DNA of 64,000 nucleotides from an uncultured Planctomycetota bacterium (lineage in GTDB: Bacteria; Planctomycetota; Planctomycetia; Isosphaerales; Isosphaeraceae), in NCBI GenBank assembly GCA_963845755.1, contig CAWJTV010000031.1:96001-160000 (forward strand). Direction: 5' to 3'. Each line of letters starts with the position of its first letter. Position 1 is the stretch's first letter. A program made the translations under genes and the position numbers. Of this stretch, positions 45,390 to 56,400 are shown one piece after another. The notes under the pieces are model-generated. The model ran no database searches. It saw nothing but the letters and a program-made list of their open reading frames with translations, and was not told where the DNA came from.

Positions 45390-45896
45390 ATGGCCAAGAA
45401 AAAGGAAGTCGAGAAACCGAAGCCGGCTACCAGGAGTGACGACTCGGGGATCAAGGTCGTCGCACGGAACCGTCGCGCACGGCATGAGTTCGACCTGCTG
45501 GAGAAGGTTGAAGCGGGACTCGTCCTGACCGGCACCGAAGTCAAGAGCCTGCGGAACGGCAAGGCGAACCTGGAAGATGCGTACGCCGAGGTCGACCGTG
45601 GCGAGGTCTGGCTGCTCGGCTGCGACATCCCGGAGTACGTCCAGGCCAACCGCATGAACCATGCACCCAAGCGTCCACGGAAGCTGCTACTCCACCGTCG
45701 CGAGATCAACAAGCTGGGGATCAAGTCGTCCGAGAAGGGGCTCACCCTGGTCCCGCTGTCGGTCTATTTCAAGAAAGGGATCGCCAAGGTCGAGCTGTGC
45801 ATCGCCCGAGGCCGCAAGACCTTTGACAAGCGCGAGGCGCTCAAGAAACAGGAAGCCAAGCGCGACATGGATCGGGCCCTGCGGCGACGGTCGTGA
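45390..45896 (+). CDS. smpB: SsrA-binding protein
   Basis: NRRARHEF...EAGLVLTGTEVKSLR...RKLLLHRREI...GRKTFDKRE. Confidence 0.97.
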   Translation: MAKKKEVEKPKPATRSDDSGIKVVARNRRARHEFDLLEKVEAGLVLTGTEVKSLRNGKANLEDAYAEVDRGEVWLLGCDIPEYVQANRMNHAPKRPRKLLLHRREINKLGIKSSEKGLTLVPLSVYFKKGIAKVELCIARGRKTFDKREALKKQEAKRDMDRALRRRS

Positions 45897-45948
45897 CTGG
45901 GGCGATCTGGCCCACCCGGGTCGAGTGCCCGATCGGGGGAGAACGATC

Positions 45949-47303
45949 ATGAGGCTGCATCGTCGTAACTGGTTGACCTTGGCGGGGGGAGGGCTTCTGG
46001 CCGGCGGCCTGGTTGAGCCGGGAAATGCGGGCTCCTTTGCCGCGGAAAACGACCGCTTGACGATCACCGGGCTGACGGTGACGCCGATCGCGTTGCCAGA
46101 CCCACCGCTGCTGGCGGCCAGCGGCTGCCACGGGCCGTATTTTCTCCGCAATGTGATCGAGCTGAAGACCGACGGTGGCATCGTCGGCCTCGGCGAGATG
46201 CCGGGTGGAGAAGGCGTGACATCGGGACTCCAGAAAGCAAGGGATCTTGTCGTCGGCCAGAATGCGCTGGCGTACCGGAAATCCGCCCGTGAGTTGCAGA
46301 AGCTGGGCATGGCGGTCTATGCGGGGATCGAAATGGCCTGCCTGGACGCCGCAGGCCGGGCGACAGGCCGACGTCTCTGCGAGATGGTCGGCGGGCCAGT
46401 GCGCGAGTCGGTCGAGTTCGCCGCATACTTATTCTACCGATATGCCGCCGACCACCCGGTGATCCTGGCCGACCCCCACTTGGCCGACTCACGGGGCCGT
46501 GGCGACCATGCTCTCGACGGCTGGGGTGAAGTGCGTTCGGCCGAGGCGATGGCCGCGATGGCGGCCCAGTTCCGCGACCGCTGGGGCTTTCGCGTGTTCA
46601 AGCTCAAGGGGGGCGTTTTGGCTCCCGAGGTGGAGCGCGACAGCCTGATTGCCATGGCTGAGCGACTCGGAGCCGACTCCCGCCTGCGGATCGATCCCAA
46701 CGCACGCTGGAAGACGTCCACGGCTCTCCGGATCGGCAAGGAGATCGCGAATCTCCCGATGGAATACTATGAGGACCCGGTACAAGGTCAGGCGGCGATG
46801 GCGGAGGTCCGCAAGGCGACCGGCCTGAAGATGAGCACGAACATGTGCGTGACCCGATTCGAACACATCCCCGAGGCCATGCGGCTGCATCCGATCGACG
46901 TCCTCCTCTGCGACCACCACTATTTCGGCGGCTTCGCCGGCTGCCAGGCCCTGGGACCGATCGGCCGCGGCGCCGGCTGGACGCTCAGTCAGCACAGCAA
47001 CAGCCATGCCGGCATCTCCATGGCGGCGATGATCCACCTGGCCGCCTCGATCCCGGAGGTGACACTCGCCAGCGACACCCATTACCCCTGGCTGGTCGAT
47101 CGCTTCGATATCATCGAGGGACCCAAGCTCACAATCCAGAACGGCGCCATGTCCGTGCCGACTGGTCCGGGGCTGGGAGTCACGCTCGATCCCGACAAGC
47201 TGGCGCGCGCCACGAGGTCTACCAGAAGTGCGGGATGCGCGGCCGGGACGACCGCACGCTGATGCGGAAACTCGTGCCGAACTGGAACGGGGAGTTGCTC
47301 TGA
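45949..47303 (+). CDS. Enolase-superfamily enzyme (glucarate dehydratase-like) with twin-arginine signal (frameshift near 47210)
   Basis: RRNWL Tat motif; FAAYLFYRY, FKLKGGV, RIDPNARW, YYEDP, STNMCV, HSNSH, DTHYPW and GPGLGV. Confidence 0.85.
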
Positions 47304-47384
47304 GCCTCGTCGGGGGCTCCGCGAGCACCGATCGGCTGCCGTCGCCCATTCGGCTTCTCGCCGAGCACGGGAAGGTGAACTCCC

Positions 47385-47412
47385 TTGACTCCGCACTCGT
47401 AGTATTCATAAT
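47385..47412 (+). promoter_or_regulatory. Putative sigma-70 promoter of ssrA
   Basis: TTGACT - 16 nt - CATAAT, about 50 nt upstream of the tmRNA 5' end. Confidence 0.55.
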
Positions 47413-47463
47413 GACTTTGCCCGACCCGCGCCGCGAGGACGGACTGGGCGGCTCTTTCATCAA

Positions 47464-47831
47464 GGGGGCGAACTAGGATCGACCGGATGTCCGAAGTGAC
47501 AGGTGGCGTGCCGAGGTTGGTCAGCAGGCCTCGTTAAAAGCCGACCAAAACTTTACCTGCCAACAACACTGTTGGTACCCTTCGTATGGCTGCCTAAACA
47601 GCCTGAAGGCCTCGCGCCGGGTCTTTGCCCGAGAGATACGGCCGGGGACGCTAATTCGGGATCGTCTGAGCTTAACCGCCAGTTGCGGCTCAGGTTAAAT
47701 TCATGACCGGCTAAGCCGAAAGGGACCTCGCCGAACAGGGCCCCCAGGCCGACAATCAAACGATCGGCTACGCACGTAGAGGCCGTCATAGACGCTTCTC
47801 GGGACGCGGGTGCAATTCCCGCCGCCTCCAC
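47464..47831 (+). ncRNA. ssrA: tmRNA; tag peptide ANNTVGTLRMAA encoded at 47559-47597
   Basis: 5' GGGGGCG pairs with 3' CGCCTCC-A (Ala-type acceptor with G.U); T-arm GCGGGTGCAATTCCCGC; tag ORF ending AA-stop; smpB nearby. Confidence 0.95.
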
Positions 47832-47832
47832 T
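47801..47832 (+). repeat. attL direct repeat (ssrA 3' end)
   Basis: GGGACGCGGGTGCAATTCCCGCCGCCTCCACT, identical to 61138-61169. Confidence 0.9.
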
Positions 47833-48189
47833 TTGAGCGTCATAAGTAATTGTTGTGTATGGCTTTAAGAAATCAGGGACCGCGGGCGAGGCACCCGCAG
47901 CCGTGTCCCTTCTGCGCAATGCGAGGTGATCGGAGTTCGAGCGCAATACGCCGCGCAAATCGTTTTTCTGCGGTGCTTTGCGTCAGTGGGCCACAGCGTC
48001 CGGCTGCCGATCTAACCGCGTCGCATTGCCGCGACAAATGCTCTTCGCCATCCAAAGAGGAGGCAATACGCAGACAACAACTAAAGAGTCGATCAGCCGT
48101 CGCCCTGCCGAGAGCATCGGTGATTACACCTGAGTGGCAGCGCCCCACTCGGTCGCCACGCCATGCAATTGACTAGGAACTTGGCGATG

Positions 48190-48483
48190 GTATGAAGGAC
48201 GTGCCGTCGCTTGTGTCCGTCATGCTTTATCTATGCTCAGAAAACGCGGAGATTCGCGAAGGCGGCTGCGACGATCGTCTTCCCGCGTACGCGGAACGCA
48301 GGAAATCAAAAAGGGACTACGTCTTTTCGCACAGATCAACGAACGCATCGGGAAGTCGGATACCGCCTCGCCTCCGCCTTGCGGCGGGCGTCTACGGGAC
48401 GGAGCTTAGAGGACGCAACGGGAATCCCATGCGCGACCGCGGCCTCGCATCCGCCGGGCGCATTTGCACTCGTGCCCTCTTAA
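48190..48483 (+). pseudogene. Relic resembling the C-terminal half of AcrVA2-family proteins
   Basis: Across frames: SLVSVMLYLCSENAEI ... KKGLRLFA ... EVGYRLASALRRA ... RPRPRIRRAHLHS. Confidence 0.55.
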
Positions 48484-48677
48484 TATGATAACGATGTCGG
48501 CATCGGCGAGCTCACGCTGATCGGCCATCGGAAGTCTCGCTTCAGATAGGATGTGGCACCGGTCGCGCAAAAAGTGAAAACTGGGTGCAGCATAGGAACT
48601 GGGTGACGCGGGGCGATCACCGCCCCACAGTAATTACCGGAGTCTCCCAGCCGTTCTTCCATTTGAACGAGAGTCGC

Positions 48678-49364
48678 TTATTCATACCGGCGATTTTCAA
48701 CCCGGCGGGCCGGTACGATCCCAGACCCAATCCAGCAGGCACGCTTTCCACGAGCAGCGCAGAAATGAAAGCTGAAGCACCAGACGTGGAGGCCGATAAC
48801 GGTCTTGTTCGACATCCAGGGCAGCACCTCGCACTGATCGCGGTTATCGAATGTTAGGCCCTTCATCTCCGTCGGCTGCCAGAAAAACCCTTGGCCTCGT
48901 GGCACGTCTTTTTGTCGGTAAAGCACCTCAAGCCAATGCATCGAGGGTTCGATACCTTGATATGCCGCAAGGTCGGGCCATTGCTCCCCACTATACAAAC
49001 CGCCAATAAGCGTCTTGAGCATCCAGGCGCTCGAAGCGATCTCCGTCGATCTGGAATAGTTCCGAAGTCTGATCGCCAGCGTTATCGGCATCGTACATCG
49101 CTTCAGCAGCGCAGCATCATGTCGATAAAAGTTTGATCGAACTCGGATAGTCCGCTGTTATGCTTCTCGCAGAGGATTCTCGCGTATAGCTTGCCGATTT
49201 CCTGGAGGCGACGGACGCCGCCTTTCTTTTCGTAGACGCGCGGGGCACCTGGGAGGGCGACCTTGAGTGAGCTCCAAGCCGCCTTCGGATACATAATGCT
49301 CTTTGCTTGGCACCCCGAAGCAGTCGCCGAGAGCGCACGCGAAGCAGTGAAATTGCTTTGCCAT
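48678..49364 (-). CDS. HNH-like endonuclease (two frameshifts)
   Basis: GGAGA RBS; CFAC...SKEHYVS followed by ILCEKHNSGLSEFD; three ORF pieces (49158-49364, 49103-49294, 48678-49091) tile one gene. Confidence 0.6.
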
Positions 49365-49603
49365 TGGTGTTCTCCGGCCTTTTGATATGGGCTTTAGACA
49401 CGATGACGTGAATCAAAGTTGGGGCGGTGTGCGGTTCCCATTCGACGTCGCCTGCTCGACTTAGTCCCCTGCAAGATTGGTTTATGCCGCTATTCGATAG
49501 ACTCTTGGCGTCGCTACGTGGCACTCAGGCGCACACTGCCACCAACATCTTTGTCGCTATGATTGTCATTGAGTTTTAGAAACGCCAAGTCGGAGAATCG
49601 CCC

Positions 49604-51284
49604 ATGGACCAGTTGGGACTGATCCTTGCTGAAGCCGTCATGAGCCAGGAGTGGGAGAGGGCGTATGTCGCCGGAACATACCAAGCGTTCCGCATCGGCG
49701 AGCAAACACGTATCGACCAATGCCTGGAGCGAACCGATTTGAAAGGGGAACCGGCATCCCGGTATTTGGACGAAGTCCTCCATCGGCTCGAACGGTACGC
49801 CGAGACCGAAGCCGCTAAGAGCTATGGCCGCTACCGCTGGCTATGGTATCTACGGCGACTTCCTGACTTTGTCTTCTCAGGAAGACTCGCGTCAACGGGT
49901 TCGTATAATCGGCATGTCACCGAAATCCTTGCCACCCGCGGGGCTGGCCCAGCGCATGCGTTACGAGCGACCTCTGGCAGATGGCACGTTTCCCCTTGAT
50001 GGCACCGCGATGAGGCGGATTGCGTGCATTTGCGGATTCGCCGAGGCCTTCCGGCATTACCAGGTCGTTTATCGGGTGGTCGGCAAAGGCGGCGGCATGG
50101 CCTTTGATCAATCGTATCCTGGGTTACCGTTCCCTGTGCCGAAAAGCCAACGTGACGATGTGCTCGACCGGGCACTAGAAGAGTTTGATCTTCGCAATAT
50201 TCAATCGAACGTCTTGGCAAACATTGGAATTCCTATTGAGTCTCTTGACCCCAAGACCCACAAGGGCCAGCGGACGTTGTTCCAGATGGGGAAGGTCTCC
50301 GGCTTGCCACCAATTGCAACCGCTGAAGAATTTGATTTGGCCCATACGGTAGCGATGCGATATGCGACTAGTGCTATGCCACTGCGAGCGATTATTGATT
50401 TAATGTCCCACCCCGATATAAAAGGGATTGCCTGTTGGAGTCCAGAACTGCCTACGCTGATAGCGCATTTCTACCTCACCACCGTTCTTTATGGCGACTC
50501 GTTAACCATGCGGTCGCAGATCCTCCAGTCCGGCTACATGATCGGCGCTAGGCAGCAAATCAATAGCCTCTATCGTGACTTTCGAGAAGAGATGTACCGA
50601 GATGAGCCACTGCTGGCGACATTTCCAGACGATACTTCGGATGAACCGTTTAGCGAACGGCTTCTCCGCATGGAGGGTAAGGCTTCCCCGTTGTTTGGTG
50701 GACCGGTCGCGTTCGTCGTCAGCGACGAACTCTTCGGTGTCAATCTCTACGGCGCCACTCGACGCTTTCAAGACCTGCTGCAATTCCCCGGAATCCAGGG
50801 CGAACCGGCGAACGCGCGGGCAAAGGCATTCGAGGAGTCGGTCCAGTCAGCCATTGACGTTACGGCTTGGAAGCCTCCCGCCTCCATAAAGCGGCTCGTT
50901 GGGCATCACTTTAGGATCGACGGGAAAGCATTCGGCGAGGTGGACGCCTTTGCCGCCAAGAACCGAGTCCTCCTGCTGGTGTCGTGCAAGAGTTTGGTTT
51001 ACACCGCAGCCTATGATCGCGGTGAGTTTGCGGTCATAAGGAATGCGAGGACGACCTTGGAGAAGGGCGACAAGAAATTCGCGGAACTCGCCAACCACTT
51101 CACCCGGTTTCCGAACGGCGGTCCGGAATACGACTTCACCGCCTATTCGACGATTACTTACGTTGTCATCACGCCGCATGTCATGTTCGTCACAGAACCG
51201 CTCTTGTCAAAGATGTCATTGTCAGGGCTGCGGAGCTATTCAAGCTTCGAGGAGCTTCGCAAATGGTTGGCGGACTCCGGCTAA
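49604..51284 (+). CDS. Hypothetical ~560-aa protein with C-terminal PD-(D/E)xK nuclease-like motif (frameshift near 49950)
   Basis: GGAGA RBS; ORFs 49604-49999 and 49824-51284 overlap; AKAFEESV ... GEVDAFAAKNRVLLLVSCKS. Confidence 0.65.
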
Positions 51285-51323
51285 CCTGCTGATGCAGCGC
51301 CGCGGCGTCGGGGAGGGCCTCGC

Positions 51324-52664
51324 TCATGACCCCAATCGCTCCGCCGTGCCCCAAAGACAAGGGCGGGGTTCGAGACGAAGTAGACGTCTTCGCCCTTGAT
51401 GTGATTTCAGCCCGTTCGGAGTTGGTGGGGCGGATAGCGCTCGATCATCGGCCCCAGGGCGGCGTACTCATATCCGACCCCCTCGACCTCGTCGCGGGTT
51501 ATGTCGTCCAGGGCTGTAGGTGATGCGGAACCGGGCCTTCGGACGAGCTGTGGATCAGGTGGGCGGCGGCGGAGAGGTTCGCGGTCAGTCGGGATGCGTC
51601 TCGACCGCCGCGACAGTCGCCCGGGTGCCGCGGTAGCCGAAGCGACGGATCAGCGGGTCGATCTCGGCATCCTAAAAAACTAACCGAACTGGCGCACGCC
51701 GGGGGCTAGGATCACCGGCTCGCCCCCGTCGGCGAGGCGCCATCCGCGTGCGGTAGACGGCCTTGTTCCCTAACCAGGTTGACTTGTATTACTGCGGGTC
51801 GAGGTACACGACGATCTTCGCCGGCGCACGGTCGAGGACATCCAGATTAACTGCGCGGCAAAATGCCGGCCCACGATCGTAGCAATCGCCATCGTCCCCG
51901 GCGAAGAGACTGCGTGTCACGAGCCGGCCGTCCGGGGTCAGGCTGCGGACGTCAGGACGTACGTGATGGGCAGGTGGCGGAGGAAGCGGTCGGCCACCCA
52001 GTTCAGCAGGTCGCGCACGGTGTGCGGGCACGGCCCATTATCCGCTCCATGCCATAGACGGCCCCGAGTGAGTGCGACTTGTGGATTATGTCGAGGCCCA
52101 CCGCAACCCACCAAGATGTTCTCTGACATAGTTAAATATGCCAATTACGTCATGAGGTACGAGGTGCCCGATCGAGAGGATCGCGTCCCAGTCGCCCTCG
52201 ACGAGCAGCCGACCCACCTGCACGGCGACCGGCAGCCTGCCCCCCCTCCGAGAGCCGCCCCAAGACTTCTGCGGGGACCTCGCTGAGGGTCCGCACGCTC
52301 CCGCACGAGTCGTGCACGCGGAACGCGTTGAGGGGGATGCCGGGGAACATCGCCGCTCGCTCGTCATCGGCGACCGGAAAGTGGGTCTCGGTCGCGGGCA
52401 AGATCGCCGCCTCGACCGGATTACGCAGCCGATCATAGAACCGGCAGGTCAGCGGCCCGGCCCCAAGAATGGGCCCGCGTGTAGTCGGGCGGGATCAGCA
52501 GCACCCGACGTATCACCCGCCTACTCTCGAGGCGATCGAGCAACTCGTCGGCCCAGGACAGCGTCAGGCTGTCAGGAAACTCGGCCTTCGGCGAGCCTTC
52601 GGCGATGTCGAGCACTATCGGCCCCTTTCCCAAAGAGGGTCGCCGGGGTGGTCGGCAATAGCAT
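51324..52664 (-). pseudogene. Lactate racemase (LarA/DUF2088)-like pseudogene
   Basis: RVLLIPPDYTRAHS, SIGHLVPHDVIG, KIVVYLDP, STWLGNKAVYRTRM, LIRRFGYRGT and YFVSNPAL, scattered over frames with in-frame stops and deletions. Confidence 0.75.
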
Positions 52665-53489
52665 CGGAACCGAGACCCGCTGGTTCCGCGGACACACCGT
52701 TGGCGAACAGACCAGAGGGCTAGCGGGATCATTGGGTTGTCCACTCTCGTTTGCAAGGGCTCGGATCGCGCTCTTTCCCTGGACTTGAGCGCAAACAACC
52801 AAAATTCTCGGTTTACGAATCAGCGCCACCCTTGACTGAGACGATGGATTGGCATTAGAGATAACAGGTGCCATTTGGGGAGGTCATCCCGAAGGGCAGG
52901 TTGTGCATGCCGACGTGCGCGAAAGGTTGAGCCCCGGTGAATCGACGGCAAGAGTGTTTCTGCTGCTGCTTGTTTCGTGAAGTGAGCAAATCTTGGGGGA
53001 TGTTTACAGCGAGCGCTCGGAGCGGGCCTTCGGACCCATATTGCGCATCACCGAGTCAGAAAGGCCGCGAGGCACTGCCGTGATGTGTAGCTGTTTAAGA
53101 TAGATCTCGGCACGAGCCTCTTGTGGCTCGTGACGATGTTTGCCCGTCATTGGCCGTTGGACGTCGTCTACAAGGCGAGCAAACAGGTGCTGTAAATCGA
53201 AGGACCTCGTCAATGGCACTGAGGGAAAATCGAGAGGCTCGCCCCTGGCTCCGGCGGAACCAGGGTATGGTACGCGCGGGGTATCTGACTGTGCTCCTCG
53301 GCCTGACTGCGCAAGCACGCTCGAGCTGCGAAGGCACAATCATCGTCCACTCATTGTATTGGCGTCCTTTGTGACGAACTCTGGCGAGCAGGGGATTTCA
53401 ACCATCTGCGATTTCGGCGAGCATTGAACGGCTCGCGTCAATGCCGTCACGGCACCGATACCGCCTGCCTGAGTCGATCGAAAAACGTC

Positions 53490-56400
53490 ATGCACCCTTT
53501 TTTCACTGGTCGCGACTCTTCCCTAACGAAACAGCGCAGGCATGCCGCAAGAGGCCGCCATGAGACATGTTGCCAATTCGAAGCAATCAAAGCCATTCCG
53601 CAAGCGGCCCGCGGGATAGGCAGCGCCGCACGGCTGGGCATCGAGCAACTCGAGTCGCGTCAGCTGCTGAGCACCGGCATGCCAATCTATGTGACGAACT
53701 TAGTTTCCAATACGATTGGAGAGTACACCACGACCGGCGCAGTGGTAAACGCGTCGCTGATCACCGGGCTGAATGCACCCACAGCCATAGCCGTCTCCGG
53801 GGTGGACCTTTTTGTTACAAACGCGTACGGCGACACGATAGGCGAATACACCACCTCCGGCGCGACGGTCGAACGCCTCTCTGGTCTCGGGGTTGAACGG
53901 TCCCATCGGCATTGCAATCTCCGGATCGGACCTCTTTGTCTCCAATGATTCTGCCGACACGATCGGCGAATACACTACCTCCGGCGCAGTGGTAAACGCG
54001 TCGCTGATCACCGGGCTGAATGGACCCAAGGCCATAGCCGTCTCCGGATCGGACCTTTTTGTTGCAAACTACTTAACCGGAACGATCGGCGAATACACCA
54101 CCTCCGGCGCGACGGTGAACGCCTCGCTGGTCTCGGGGCTTGAATTACCCGTCTGAAATTGCAATCTCGGGAACGGACCTGTTTGTCACGTACCTCTGGT
54201 GGCCGAAGCACGATCGGCGAATACACCACCTCCGGCGCGACGGTGAACGCTTCCCTGGTCTCGGTGTCGATCTTTCCCACCGGCATTGCAATTGCGGGAA
54301 CGGACCTTTTTGTTACTAGACCCGTACGGCGACACGATCGGCGAATACACCACCTCCGGCCTGACGGTTAATGCCTCGCTGGTTTCGGGGCTGGATACTC
54401 CGAGCGGCATCTGGGTGACGACCTTGGCTCTCAACGTCACGAATGCCACGACCGGCGAGGACGTGCAGACCACTTCGGGTCTGGTAATCACGCCGAACGC
54501 GGCGGACGTCGGAACGATCACCAGCTTTCAGATCACCAACATCGCCGGCGGCTCGCTGTTTCTCAACGACGGCGTAACGCCCGTCACAAACGGTGAGTTC
54601 ATTTCAGTGGCCCAAGGCGCGGCCGGCCTGAAGTTCACCCCCACGACCGGCTCGCTGGCCACTGGCAGCTTCACCGCCGAGGAATCGACGACCGGCGACA
54701 CCTCGGGGCTGATCCCCGCCTCGGCGGCCACGGCCACGATCACCGTGCAGCCGCCAATCCCGACGGTCACGAATGCGACGACCGGCGAGAACGTGCAATC
54801 CTCATCGGGCCTGGTGATCACGCCCGGCTCGGTCGATACCTCATTGATTACGGACTTTCAAATCACGGGGATTACGGGCGGGTCGCTGTTCCTCAACGAC
54901 GGCGTCACGCCGGTGACAAACGGCATGTTCATTACCGCCGCTCAAGGCGCTGCGGGCCTGAAGTTTACGCCGACTGCGGGTTCGCTCGCTACCGGCAGTT
55001 TCACCGTGCAGGACGCGATCGCTGCCAACACGCCGGGCTGCTCGGCACGACCGCCACGGCCACGGTCACCGTGCTCGCGCCCACGTTTGAAAACGTCCCG
55101 ACCCTGCTCCATGGCCTGGCAACCGTCAGTTGGAGCGCGCTGGGCTACAACCCGGCAACGACCACGGTCGACATCACTGCCTACCAGGCGGGGCAAGCCA
55201 TCGCGCTTGCCGCCGATCAGCCCCTGACCGGCTCGTGCAACTGGAACACCACCAGCGTGCCCGACGGCCAGTACGAGCTGCAAGCCGTGGTGCATGACGC
55301 CTCCGGCAACGAGGTAGGGCAGTGCCAGCAGCAGGTGGCGATCAACAACACCGCCGCCTGGTACTCGGGCACGATCGCCGCGAACGAAACCTGGACCAGC
55401 GCCCAGGTCAACGTAGTCAGCGGCAACGTGACGATACCTTCGGGCGTAACCGTGACGCTGCAGCCCGGCGCGATCGTCAAGTTTGTCGACGGGACCGGGA
55501 TCACGATCCAAAGCGGCGGCACGCTCGACGCTGCGGGGGCCACGTCGGCCGCCCCCATCATCTTCACGTCCGTGGAAGACGGCACGGTCGGCGGCGACAC
55601 CAAAATGGACGGCGAGCGCCACGCTGCCCGTGCCGGGCGACTGGAGCGGCATCGCGGTCCAGGGCGGCGGGTCGTTCCTTTCAATCAATACACCCAGGTC
55701 CGCTACCAGGTCACGTCGTTCAGCGGCACGCTTGCTCTCGAGCCAGACCTGGCTTGGCACGCTCACCTACGAGGTCCGACGGAGTTGACGATTCCCAGCG
55801 GCGTTACGCTGACGATCCAACCCGGCGCGGTCGTCAAGTTCGGCGCCGGCTCGGGAATCACCGTCGAGTCCGGCGGGCAGTTGATTGCCGACGGGACCGT
55901 GGCTCAGCCGATCATCTTCACTTCGATCAACGACGGCTCCTACGGCGGCGACACCAACGGTGGCTGCGCAAACGCCCGCTCCCGGCGACTGGGGGCAAGT
56001 TTTAGTCAACGGCTCGGCCGCGTTCGACCACGTCGAAGTGTTCTATGGCAGCGGGGCTGGAAACACCGGCATTACAAGCGGCGCGATCCTCGATTCCGGA
56101 GGCACGGTGAGCTTTTTCCGATGGGGTTATCAGTAACGCACTCTATGACGGCCTCGATACGGTCGATAGAGGAAACACGAGCATCTCCAACAGCCTTTTC
56201 ACCGACACCGACCGCGCCGTTGTCTAGTACCGACGGTGGGTCGACAGTCTCGATCGTCAACAGCACGTTCGACGGGAATGTTATCGGCATGTACGCGCAC
56301 GAGGCCGGCAGCATCTCGGCCGCAAACTGCATCGTGACCAATAGCCAACAAATCGGCGTCGAGATCGACAGCTCTGGGGAAATGTCATTCACTTACTCGG

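Noticed and set aside
47701..47958. Small ORFs overlapping the tmRNA (also 47503-47706 and 47553-47843)
   Set aside because: They overlap a structured RNA gene and have no protein-like features.
53690..54420. Regularly spaced repeats resembling a CRISPR array
   Set aside because: The period is ~123 bp, whole units are homologous with synonymous variation and encode a peptide repeat; there are no unique spacers and no cas genes.
53690..55075. Near-identical repeat pairs as a DGR template/variable region
   Set aside because: Differences are not confined to adenines and no reverse transcriptase is present in the window.
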